Assembly: GCA_046050355.1 (NCBI GenBank)
Contig: JBJOPW010000001.1
Coordinates: forward strand, 67,858 to 131,857
DNA length: 64,000 nt
Direction of reading: 5' to 3'
DNA from: Candidatus Parcubacteria bacterium
Lineage (GTDB): Bacteria > Patescibacteriota > Minisyncoccia > Phycocordibacterales > UBA918
The translations under genes and the position numbers were made by a program. Below are positions 1 through 7,565 of the stretch, in pieces (the stretch's first letter is position 1; each line of letters opens with the position of its first letter). Under the pieces are notes generated by a model. That model searched no databases and was not told the origin of the DNA. It worked only from the letters and a program-made list of their open reading frames with translations.

Positions 1-1118
1 CTCGGCAGGCGGAAACCGAACTCAACGAGCGTGTCCTTGCGACTACGGTCGCCCGCATACATACCGCCAATCTGGGGCAAGGTGACGTGTGACTCGTCTA
101 CAATGGTGAGGAAGTCTGGTGTGCCATCTTCCTTATGCGGGAAGTAGTCGAGGAGTGTATAGGGGGCCTCACCGGGCTTGCGACGGTCAAAGTGGCGCGA
201 GTAGTTTTCGATACCATTGCAGTACCCTACTTCGCGAATGAGTGCGAGGTCGTGCTCGGTGCGACGACGAAGACGCTCAGCTTCGAGAATTTTGCCGTCT
301 TTCTTGAACTGTTCGAGCTGGAGCTGCAGTTCGAGTTTGATATCTTCGTAGGCCACTTTGCGTTCATCATCGGGTGAGACGAAGTGTTTGGCCGGAAAGA
401 GGAAAAAAACCTCGGGCTCTTCAATAATGGCACGGGTAATACTATCAATCTTCGTGATACCAGAGACGGTGTTTCCATCAAAACCAAGGCGGTAGATGGC
501 CCGTTCGTTGGTTGGCATGATCTCGATAGTATTACCAACGGCACGAAACTGTCCTGGTGTCAGGTCGGCATTAGTACGCTCAAAATAGAGATCAATGAGC
601 GTACGGAGCATATCAGCGCGGGTGGTACTGTATCCCTTTCCTATCTTGAGGTGCTTCTTTTTATATTCTGCTGGCGAACCAAGACCATAGATACACGACA
701 CCGACGCCACAATGATCACATCGCTCCTCGTGAGAAGTGCTTGGGTTGAAGCGTGACGGAGGCGGTCGATTTCTTCGTTGATCTGTGCTTCTTTCTCGAT
801 ATAGGTATCACTCGTCGGCATGTAGGCCTCCGGTTGGTAGTAGTCGTAGTACGAGACGAAGTAGTGCACAGCATTATTTGGAAAAAAGTCCTTGTATTCT
901 TGTGCCAGCTGCGCCGCGAGGGTCTTGTTGTGCGCAATGACGAGGGTGGGCTTTTGAATCTGCGCAATCACATTCGCTCCCGTGAAGGTCTTACCCGAAC
1001 CAGTGACACCAAGGAGTGTCTGGTGCCGCAACCCACCACGAACACCCGCCACCAGCCGCTCTATGGCTTTTGGCTGGTCTCCGGCAGGAGTCTTTTCGGT
1101 TGAGAGTTCAAATTGCAT
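1..1118 (-). CDS. uvrB: Excinuclease ABC subunit B (UvrB), N-terminal ~372 aa; the C-terminus lies beyond the window start
   Basis: Own translation of the minus strand from the ATG at 1118-1116: MQFELSTEKTPAGDQPKAIERLV...LLGVTGSGKTFT (Walker A)...HNKTLAAQL...VSYYDYYQPEAY...IVDESHVTLPQIGGMY. Absent from the ORF track because it is open at the window edge. Confidence 0.95.
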   Translation of the reverse strand, partial: MQFELSTEKTPAGDQPKAIERLVAGVRGGLRHQTLLGVTGSGKTFTGANVIAQIQKPTLVIAHNKTLAAQLAQEYKDFFPNNAVHYFVSYYDYYQPEAYMPTSDTYIEKEAQINEEIDRLRHASTQALLTRSDVIIVASVSCIYGLGSPAEYKKKHLKIGKGYSTTRADMLRTLIDLYFERTNADLTPGQFRAVGNTIEIMPTNERAIYRLGFDGNTVSGITKIDSITRAIIEEPEVFFLFPAKHFVSPDDERKVAYEDIKLELQLQLEQFKKDGKILEAERLRRRTEHDLALIREVGYCNGIENYSRHFDRRKPGEAPYTLLDYFPHKEDGTPDFLTIVDESHVTLPQIGGMYAGDRSRKDTLVEFGFRLP

Positions 1119-1125
1119 GTATACG

Positions 1126-1131
1126 AGTATA
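1126..1131 (-). promoter_or_regulatory. -10-like TATACT box 7 nt upstream of the uvrB ATG (leaderless-type geometry)
   Basis: Minus strand reads ggTATACTcgtatacATG. No purine-rich SD lies between the box and the ATG. Confidence 0.3.
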
Positions 1132-1158
1132 CCGTGCTACAAACAATTTAAAAAGCAC

Positions 1159-1183
1159 AAAGACGAGGTCTTGCCTCGTCTTT
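1159..1183. repeat. Palindrome AAAGACGAGG-tcttg-CCTCGTCTTT, copy 1, between the divergent uvrB and transposase starts
   Basis: Perfect 10-bp arms read directly. The same unit recurs at 1705-1723, 1774-1798 and 28709-28734. Confidence 0.8.
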
Positions 1184-1196
1184 TCGAAAAGTGTTG

Positions 1197-1202
1197 TATA
1201 AT
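1197..1202 (+). promoter_or_regulatory. TATAAT -10 box 11 nt upstream of the transposase ATG
   Basis: gtgttgTATAATactgtgagtgtATG. No clear -35 box. Confidence 0.35.
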
Positions 1203-1213
1203 ACTGTGAGTGT

Positions 1214-1849
1214 ATGGCGATAAGAAAGTTTTCATTCGCACCTGACGAAATATTCCATTGCTATAACCGTGGGGTTGATAAACGAGCAGTTTTTGAAGAT
1301 AAGCAGGACTACGGGTATTTTTTAAAGTTGTTGCGATATTTTAATACATCGGCAGTGAGAGGTAATTTAAGGTCAGTAGAAAATAAAGAGCCTATAAATC
1401 CTCCAGTAACTATACTTGCCTACTGTCTTCTTCCAAACCATTATCATCTTTTAGTACGCTGTAATGATGTTGAGGGAGGTTTGTCAAAATACATGCAGCG
1501 TGTTGCAGGCGGATATACGATGTATTTTAATCAAAAGAATAGTCGATCGGGTTCTCTATTTCAGGGTAAGTTTAAGGCAAATCACGTTGATACCGATAGT
1601 TATTTACGGAACATCTTAGCGTATGTTGGGTTTAATTTTATTGTTCATGATATAAATGAAAAAAGTCTGTATCGAGCGAGCATCAATTATAAAGACGAGT
1701 TAGTACGAGGTCTTGCCTCGTCCTTTTCAGAAGAACAAATGCTCGAAGTTATTGAAATAATAAAAGAAATGAGAAAGACGAGGCAAGACCTCGTCTTTGA
1801 GCATGAGAAGGTGGCTGGTGTGAAGAGTGTGGAGGATATTTCTACTTAG
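1214..1849 (+). CDS. HUH/Y1 tyrosine transposase-like protein (IS200/RAYT family, Y1_Tnp-type)
   Basis: N-terminal FHCYNRGVDKRAVFEDKQDY..FLKLL, the HUH motif in LLPNHYHLLV, and a candidate catalytic Tyr in ILAYVGFNFIV (compare YxxxNP). The last ~50 codons run through two copies of the GACGAGG palindrome, so the true C-terminus is uncertain. Confidence 0.75.
   Translation: MAIRKFSFAPDEIFHCYNRGVDKRAVFEDKQDYGYFLKLLRYFNTSAVRGNLRSVENKEPINPPVTILAYCLLPNHYHLLVRCNDVEGGLSKYMQRVAGGYTMYFNQKNSRSGSLFQGKFKANHVDTDSYLRNILAYVGFNFIVHDINEKSLYRASINYKDELVRGLASSFSEEQMLEVIEIIKEMRKTRQDLVFEHEKVAGVKSVEDIST
1705..1723. repeat. GACGAGG-family palindrome, copy 2 (acgaggtcttgcctcgtcc), inside the transposase ORF tail
   Basis: Same loop (tcttg) and orientation as copy 1. 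Its flank aaagacgag..ttagt..acgagg looks like copy 1 with a 10-nt insertion. Confidence 0.7.
1774..1798 (-). terminator. GACGAGG-family palindrome, copy 3 (loop inverted: caaga); probable intrinsic terminator of tgt
   Basis: On the minus strand it lies ~46 nt after the tgt stop and reads GACGAGGtcttgCCTCGTC followed by tttctcatttctttt. It overlaps the 3' tail of the plus-strand transposase ORF. Confidence 0.5.
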
Positions 1850-3098
1850 CTAATAACTGCTCACGTAAATTCTTGGTGAAATTGACGATGAAGTGGAGGT
1901 TGTGGATGGAGGCGAGGTGTGGGCCGAGTATTTCTCCAGCGCGGAAGAGGTGGGCGACATAGGCCTTCGTATACTTCCCGGCTACATAGCCGGTTGAAAG
2001 TGGATCAAGGAGTGAATGATCGTCTTTATACTGCGCATTACGAAGACTGATCTTTTTGGTCTCGGGGTAGGTGAAGGTACCACAGGGGGTAGTGATCATA
2101 TTACCAGTCATCACATAGATGGTGCCAGTGCGCCCAATACGGGTCGGGGCGACACAGTCAAAGGTATCACAACCCTGGAGCACGCCCTGGACGATGTCTT
2201 CTGGCTCGCCAATACCGAGGAGATGGCGGGGTTTATCGATTGGGAGGATTTCGTTGACGACCCGGAGCGAATCACCAAGATCGTTTTTACTAAAGCTCCC
2301 ACCAATACCAAAACCATCAAAGTCCATATCGCTGAGGATACGCGCACTTTCTTGGCGCAAGTCCATAAAGCGTCCACCTTGCACTACACCGTAGAGACCT
2401 TGTTTCTTGAGCGCTTCGTAGTTTTGCTTGTGGGCCATGATACTGCGCTTCGCCCAACGATGAGTACGATCAGACGCTTCCTTTTGGTACTCGTAGTCCG
2501 CGGTGGGACTGGTACACTCATCAAAGGCGATGATAATATCAGCGCCAATGGCGTGCTGGATATCGATACTGCGTTCGGCGGTGAAGCGATGCATCGAACC
2601 GTCGAGATGTGACGTGAAGGTTACTCCTTCTTCATCGATGATACAGAGCTTGCCGTGGTCTTCAGCGAACTTTTGACTATAGACATTAAGACCCTTCTTG
2701 ACTGGGAGTTCGGTTTCGTTTTCGTCTACTTCCCCTTTGGCGAACTTCGTCACCCCTTTGCCAAAAGCGGCGCCAAGACTAAAGACCTGAAACCCGCCGG
2801 AGTCGGTCATCGTCGGTGTCGGCCACTTGGCAAATTCATTGAGGCCACCACCAGCTTTGATTACCTCATGTCCAGGCTGGAGAAAGAGGTGGTAGGTGTT
2901 CGCGAGCGTTACTTCGTTACCGACGTACTGCGTGAGATCTTCGGGCATGAGACTCTTCACACTGGCTTTGGTTCCGACCACTACAAAGGCTGGTGTATGA
3001 ATATCACCATGCGGCGTATGAATAATGCCAGCGCGGGCGAGATTGCCCTTACCTACTGCCTCGGTCTCAAACCAGACCGGTCTCGTGTTGTCAGCCAT
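1842..3098 (-). CDS. tgt: tRNA-guanine transglycosylase (queuine tRNA-ribosyltransferase) homologue lacking the three zinc-site cysteines
   Basis: ARAGIIHTPHGDIHTPAFVVVGT, MTDSGGFQVFSL, IIIAFDECTS, RHLLGIGEPEDI, FDCVAPTRIGRTG, RAGEILGPHLASIHNLHF. Start moved to the ATG at 3098 (MADNTRPVWFE); the ORF-track N-terminal 31 aa look spurious. Confidence 0.9.
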   Translation of the reverse strand: MADNTRPVWFETEAVGKGNLARAGIIHTPHGDIHTPAFVVVGTKASVKSLMPEDLTQYVGNEVTLANTYHLFLQPGHEVIKAGGGLNEFAKWPTPTMTDSGGFQVFSLGAAFGKGVTKFAKGEVDENETELPVKKGLNVYSQKFAEDHGKLCIIDEEGVTFTSHLDGSMHRFTAERSIDIQHAIGADIIIAFDECTSPTADYEYQKEASDRTHRWAKRSIMAHKQNYEALKKQGLYGVVQGGRFMDLRQESARILSDMDFDGFGIGGSFSKNDLGDSLRVVNEILPIDKPRHLLGIGEPEDIVQGVLQGCDTFDCVAPTRIGRTGTIYVMTGNMITTPCGTFTYPETKKISLRNAQYKDDHSLLDPLSTGYVAGKYTKAYVAHLFRAGEILGPHLASIHNLHFIVNFTKNLREQLLAK

Positions 3099-3107
3099 AA
3101 TTGGTCT

Positions 3108-3136
3108 ACTATAGCGGGAGAATCTCACTGTGGCAA
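3108..3136 (-). promoter_or_regulatory. Sigma70-like promoter TTGCCA-N17-TATAGT, 9 nt upstream of the tgt ATG
   Basis: Minus strand: TTGCCAcagtgagattctcccgcTATAGTagaccaattATG. No SD. Confidence 0.5.
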
Positions 3137-3203
3137 ACACACAAGTGACTACAAATCTGTATACGTAAAGTTGGCTCAAGCTCAAGCGCAATCAAAATGT
3201 CAC

Positions 3204-3282
3204 CAGACGAGGAACACGAACGATGAAGTGCGAGGTGTATTAAATATACATTGGTTGCTTTCGAGTGAAGTGCAACAAAGTC
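3204..3282 (-). repeat. 3'-flank element copy L1 (CTTTGTTG box, covarying hairpin TGTAT-ttaaa-ATACA, CTC, CCTCG)
   Basis: The box ends 23 nt after the TAG stop of the FKBP gene. Hairpin at 3236-3250. Aligns with the copies at 24472-24549, 32029-32105 and 58563-58635. Confidence 0.65.
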
Positions 3283-3303
3283 TGGGGGTATTTTGGACGT
3301 GCA

Positions 3304-3849
3304 CTATTCAGCTTTAGGAGCGATTTCGAGGAGGTCGATGGCAAACACGAGGTTCGCTCCACCAGGAATTGGACCATAACCTTGGTCACCATAGCCTTTA
3401 TCAGCTGGTATGACTAAAATACGTTTTCCTCCAACTTTCATCCCCACAATTCCCTCTTCCCAACCTTTGATGACCTTGCCTTCACCAACAGTAAAGGTGA
3501 ACGGCGTACCGCGTTTGTTCGAATTATCAAATTCTTGGCCATTTTGTAAGGTCCCAATGTAGTGTACAGAAACAGTATCACCAACCTTTACCTCGGCACC
3601 CGTTCCATAAATCACGTCATCAATGATGAGTTTCGCAAGATTGCCCGTGCTATCAGCGGCATTTACGATTGCTTCACGGAGATTACCAGCCTGATCACCT
3701 TCGTCTTTTACAAACACACTACCAACCTCTGCAGTTTGTGAAGAGTTTGAAATGGCTAATGAGGTGTCGTTTTTGGTAACGAGATACAGTGCCGCGGCCA
3801 TAGCCGTTACACTGAGAGCAATTCCAGCAATTTCTACTTTTGAAAACAT
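3304..3849 (-). CDS. FKBP-type peptidyl-prolyl cis-trans isomerase with N-terminal membrane anchor
   Basis: GDTVSVHYIGTLQNGQEFDNS...FTVGEGKVIKGWEEGIVGMKVGGKRILVIPADKGYG...LVFAIDLLEI. Confidence 0.9.
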   Translation of the reverse strand: MFSKVEIAGIALSVTAMAAALYLVTKNDTSLAISNSSQTAEVGSVFVKDEGDQAGNLREAIVNAADSTGNLAKLIIDDVIYGTGAEVKVGDTVSVHYIGTLQNGQEFDNSNKRGTPFTFTVGEGKVIKGWEEGIVGMKVGGKRILVIPADKGYGDQGYGPIPGGANLVFAIDLLEIAPKAE

Positions 3850-3907
3850 ACCACGGCAAATTAAGGTTAAGTACCATAATCATACGGCCAAACCTCAAAA
3901 TTGCAAT

Positions 3908-4978
3908 CTAATTAATTAGAATTTCTATATTTTTAGCCATTATTTGTTCTTGCAGAGCTTCATCACTCCGTGACGCTAAAGCAGCCAAAAAACTCTTTTC
4001 GTCTACTTCGGCCATCCGGCAAGGAGTGGCTTTGGCACATTGTGTATGAGGGTATAAACGCCATAATAATGCGCTGTTTGACACCTCTAAGCCAAGCACT
4101 AAACCAGTTTTAACATCCGGACTGAAATATTGATCAAAGATAAAATTACCTAATGAGTAGAAGATGGGCACGCCTTCGATATGGCCGATATCTTGTACAA
4201 CATGCGGATGATGTCCAATCACTGCGTCAACGCCATGCTTCACAAACCACGTCGCCAGGTCTTCTTGCTCGAGGTTGTGAGTGAGTTCATATTCTTCACC
4301 CCAATGAATATACACAAACTGAAAATCAGACTCCAAACTAGCTTTCTCGAGTAATGTGGTCATAACCGCACGATCGGGTGACTCAAACAATGTATGCACA
4401 CCAAGTATTGCCACTTTCGAGTCACCAAGAGAAAGAAAGGTGAGACTCGAAGAACTCACCGTCACAGCGTCACCAAACGCTACGATATTTGCTTCCAAAA
4501 GTGCTCGCTTAGCATTGATATAACCATCCATCCCGTAATCACGACTATGATTATTAGCCAGTGAGCTATGGGTTACCTGTAGTGCTTCAAGTAGTTTTAT
4601 ATGTTCTGGCTTAGTCGAAAAACGCATCTGACCACTTGGCGTCTTGATGTGTGGTGAAGCGATAGCACTCTCAAAATTGGTAACTACCGCACTACTGCTA
4701 GCAAATAATTTGAAAAAATCATACGGTTTCACAAGATTAGCATCAAGCAACTGTTCGACATGACGACCAAGCATGCTATCACCCGTAAAATAAACAGGTG
4801 GTATCGCAATTGTGCTGTCGATTTGCGCGGTTGTAGTGGTTGCACGTATTTGTTGTTCGATTACTTTGTTAGTCAGTGTGTACTCAAGTGTTGCTGTAGA
4901 CAATAACAGTAGTACTACACAAAAAAGAGTGACCCCGAGAACACTACTGAGTACGGTTGGTTTGCTTAGAGATATCAT
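3908..4978 (-). CDS. CapA/PGA_cap-family metallophosphatase-like protein (poly-gamma-glutamate synthesis CapA-like), membrane anchored
   Basis: YFTGDSMLGRHV, NFESAI, LANNHSRDYG, YIHWGEEY, VIGHHPHVVQ, YSLGNFIFDQ. Confidence 0.75.
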   Translation of the reverse strand: MISLSKPTVLSSVLGVTLFCVVLLLLSTATLEYTLTNKVIEQQIRATTTTAQIDSTIAIPPVYFTGDSMLGRHVEQLLDANLVKPYDFFKLFASSSAVVTNFESAIASPHIKTPSGQMRFSTKPEHIKLLEALQVTHSSLANNHSRDYGMDGYINAKRALLEANIVAFGDAVTVSSSSLTFLSLGDSKVAILGVHTLFESPDRAVMTTLLEKASLESDFQFVYIHWGEEYELTHNLEQEDLATWFVKHGVDAVIGHHPHVVQDIGHIEGVPIFYSLGNFIFDQYFSPDVKTGLVLGLEVSNSALLWRLYPHTQCAKATPCRMAEVDEKSFLAALASRSDEALQEQIMAKNIEILIN

Positions 4979-5375
4979 GAAATACGCCAGCCTGCTCTAC
5001 ATACATGAGATAGGTCAGACCAAGCAAAACTATACTTAACGCTAGTGTTAACGACACGATAGTCTGGGCACGTTCAACTTTTTTTCGCTTCACTTCAATT
5101 TTCTCAACATCATCATTAGTAAGAGACACCTTAACGCCAAGTAAAGAGCTGATGTCTGCTGGTGTTAATCGTTCATCAGAATGAAACACCCGATGCAGCG
5201 AATCAACGTGTGTGTGTTTATTAGTTTTATTCTCTTTGAGTACCATAAGGGCTGTATCTACGTCGTTATTATCCCACCGTGCGCTAATAAGAATTGAACG
5301 GATCTCCTCGTCTGGCGCAGTTGCAGGTATCCCGTTGGCTTTTAGAATGGTTTCTACTTGTTGTCGTTCAATCAT
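4944..5375 (-). CDS. Hypothetical protein with C-terminal TM helix
   Basis: ORF-track protein. Start moved to the ATG at 5375 (MIERQQVETIL), 1 nt after the upstream stop. It overlaps the next gene by 35 nt. I recognise no family. Confidence 0.45.
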   Translation of the reverse strand: MIERQQVETILKANGIPATAPDEEIRSILISARWDNNDVDTALMVLKENKTNKHTHVDSLHRVFHSDERLTPADISSLLGVKVSLTNDDVEKIEVKRKKVERAQTIVSLTLALSIVLLGLTYLMYVEQAGVFHDISKQTNRTQ

Positions 5376-5376
5376 A

Positions 5377-6426
5377 CTAACGTTTTTTCTTAGACGGTAG
5401 CCCATCATCGGCTATGTACTGCGCATACAATTCTAGCAGGACCAGGAAAAGACTAATCATCACTGGTCCGATAATAAATCCAACCGGTCCAAATAATGAA
5501 ATGCCGCCAAGTACCGCCAGAAGTACTACAAATGGGTGAAGATTATTGCCCCGACTCATCAAATACGGACTAACAAAATTATCGATAACAACTATTGATA
5601 TTACCGCCCAAATTGCTAGGCCAAATGCACTCGATAGTTGACCAACATAGAGAAGGTAGAGCACCCCTGGGACCATAATAGCCACGGTGCCAAGACCAGG
5701 TAAAAGCGCTCCAAGCGCACCGATGGTACCCCACATAATTGGTCGCGGGATACCAAAGAAAGCAAAACCAACACCAGCAATCACACCTTGGAGTATCGCT
5801 ACAAGCACCGTACCTGTGGCTACTGAACGAATTGATCGAGCAATCTGTTCCATAATAATCTTATCTTCAGTATCCTTTAGTGGACTAACCGATACCAACC
5901 AGGCCACCAAACGCTCGCCGTCTTTAAACAAGTAAAATGATCCAAGCATGGCGATTAAGAATGTCACTACCACTGAAACTGTTCCGGCGAAAATTGTACC
6001 CAAGTTGCCGGCAAACCAAGAAGCACTTTGCCGGATCTGTTCGGAGAGATTAATATCAAAACCGGGTATGTAGTGCTGTAGTGAAGTTTCGATACCCGTT
6101 AGCATCGTATCAACCGGTAGCTGGCCCGTGCTTTCAACAGAACGGTAAAATGAGACAAATTCATTAACCAGTAGGGTTGATATAAATGATACTGGCACCA
6201 CCACCGCACTAAATACTATCAGCGTCGCTATACAAGCCGCCAAAGAACGGCGCTGTCGAGTAATATACCGTAGAATAAAGCGGTACATGGGGTAGCAAAT
6301 AATAACCGTAATTGCCGCCAAGGCTAAAGCGGTCAAAAATGGCAGTAACATAAAAACCGCTGCCAACCCGACGAGTGCTAGTGAGCTGAAGAAAAACGTA
6401 TACTCAATTATTCTGTTATGCACCAT
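5377..6426 (-). CDS. AI-2E family (PerM/YhhT-like) transporter
   Basis: Multi-TM protein with FYLFKDGERL, ALLPGLGT and PFVVLLAVLGGISLFGPVGFIIGP, typical of this family. Confidence 0.8.
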   Translation of the reverse strand: MVHNRIIEYTFFFSSLALVGLAAVFMLLPFLTALALAAITVIICYPMYRFILRYITRQRRSLAACIATLIVFSAVVVPVSFISTLLVNEFVSFYRSVESTGQLPVDTMLTGIETSLQHYIPGFDINLSEQIRQSASWFAGNLGTIFAGTVSVVVTFLIAMLGSFYLFKDGERLVAWLVSVSPLKDTEDKIIMEQIARSIRSVATGTVLVAILQGVIAGVGFAFFGIPRPIMWGTIGALGALLPGLGTVAIMVPGVLYLLYVGQLSSAFGLAIWAVISIVVIDNFVSPYLMSRGNNLHPFVVLLAVLGGISLFGPVGFIIGPVMISLFLVLLELYAQYIADDGLPSKKKR

Positions 6427-6493
6427 ATTGTAGTCTAACTATAGCAAAGATTTATACTGGGATTATCATATTTTAAAGCAATCCGTGTATAAG

Positions 6494-7051
6494 CTATTGT
6501 GTTTCGAGCAACTCGCGGGCTAATGACCGAATAGAATCACTTGATTGTGGTTGCCGTTCATGTCGCCACAATTCTCCTGCTCTTGTATAGAGAACCGTTT
6601 CCGGCATAGCATAACCATCAATCTCATGATAAAACTCATCAGTTGAATCAATCACCACTGTCAGGTTTGGTAATGGTGGCAAGGTAGCGAGAAACGCCTG
6701 AGCTTGGGCGGTTGACTCCCGGCGGTTGAGGGCGATAAAGGTAATGGGTTTATCTTTAAATTCGCCCGCCACTTCATTAAGGGCAATGAGTTCATCACGC
6801 GAAAGTGGGCTCCAACTAGCCCAGGTATTAACATAAATTACTCCTTCACCCACTGTCTCATTAAACTGGACAGCGACTCCATTCATATCAGTAAAACGGT
6901 TACCATTTTGTGTGTCGAGGAGGACTCGTCCAGCATCACTTTCGACTTGTCGGTGTCGGGTTACGATTTGGTACGTAAACCAAACAAGCACCAGTATTAT
7001 AACCAGTAAAACGATCAGAACTACGCTGTTTGATTGCTTTAGTCGAAACAT
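6494..7051 (-). CDS. TlpA/ResA-like thioredoxin-fold protein, membrane anchored, with the CxxC site replaced by SxxS
   Basis: VIYVNTWASWSPLSRDELIALNEV aligns to the usual WAxWCxPC motif with both Cys replaced by Ser. Start set to the ATG at 7051, abutting the upstream stop. Confidence 0.6.
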   Translation of the reverse strand: MFRLKQSNSVVLIVLLVIILVLVWFTYQIVTRHRQVESDAGRVLLDTQNGNRFTDMNGVAVQFNETVGEGVIYVNTWASWSPLSRDELIALNEVAGEFKDKPITFIALNRRESTAQAQAFLATLPPLPNLTVVIDSTDEFYHEIDGYAMPETVLYTRAGELWRHERQPQSSDSIRSLARELLETQ

Positions 7052-7052
7052 A

Positions 7053-7526
7053 CTACCCTTTACTGTACAGTTCAAATGATTCAGGTGTTTCATTAGCAGC
7101 TGCTTCAATTAAGTTTAGTTCAACTGACTTTCCCATAAATGTGGCTTTCATAACTGCTTCATTTGAAGCCGTCGCTGTGACCAGAAAGCGCTGTGGGGTA
7201 ACCACCTGAGCACAAGTCTCGCTTGTATTAGTCACCGCGAAGGCAAAGTTTATTTGTTCTGGATACGATTCTGCTACAGTTGCTGTGTATGTGAGCAAAT
7301 CACATGGGGTTGGCATTGGTATCTCACCGACAATGGTATGTACACCATTTCGATAAAAGTGCTTGGCATCTATACGAGTAATACCGTATGGATCAGCTGC
7401 TACGGGAGTCGGAACAGTAGGAGCCTCTACAATTGTGGCCTTTTTGACCAAGTACGTATACGTGAACATTCCGAGGACGATAACACCAAGGAGAATCAAT
7501 ATGAGTACTATTTCTCGTTGTCGCAT
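7053..7526 (-). CDS. Hypothetical membrane-anchored protein
   Basis: N-terminal TM (IVLILILLGVIVLGMF). No recognised motif. Confidence 0.45.
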   Translation of the reverse strand: MRQREIVLILILLGVIVLGMFTYTYLVKKATIVEAPTVPTPVAADPYGITRIDAKHFYRNGVHTIVGEIPMPTPCDLLTYTATVAESYPEQINFAFAVTNTSETCAQVVTPQRFLVTATASNEAVMKATFMGKSVELNLIEAAANETPESFELYSKG

Positions 7527-7565
7527 ATGCTAAGATTAGTGAGTAACCTCGCTACTAGTATACAC

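Larger units (their letters stand above)
1159..1798 (+). mobile_element. Possible minimal IS200/RAYT-type unit: Y1 transposase gene bracketed by identical subterminal hairpins
   Basis: Hairpins at 1159-1183 (left), 1705-1723 and 1774-1798 (right). It is one of only two plus-strand genes and is wedged between uvrB and tgt. I could not define target-site duplications or element ends. Confidence 0.3.

Noticed and set aside
2016-2612. Plus-strand ORFs antisense to tgt. Similar shadow ORFs sit throughout the large minus-strand genes, for example 17161-17739, 17426-17989, 37748-38212, 43142-43765 and 55058-55645.
   Set aside because: They lie opposite well-supported long genes, have low-complexity or biased composition, show no recognisable motifs and have no start-site signals. 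They are typical antisense shadow ORFs.
3099-3191. N-terminal extensions of ORF-track models: tgt (3099-3191), 22224-22328, 23490-23543, 26631-26729, 30441-30461, 60571-60627, 7052-7108 and 21194-21226.
   Set aside because: The extensions precede obvious signal peptides or conserved N-termini, overlap upstream stops or promoter-like boxes, and several begin at TTG/GTG. Internal ATGs abutting the upstream stop fit better. This remains a judgement call without experimental starts.
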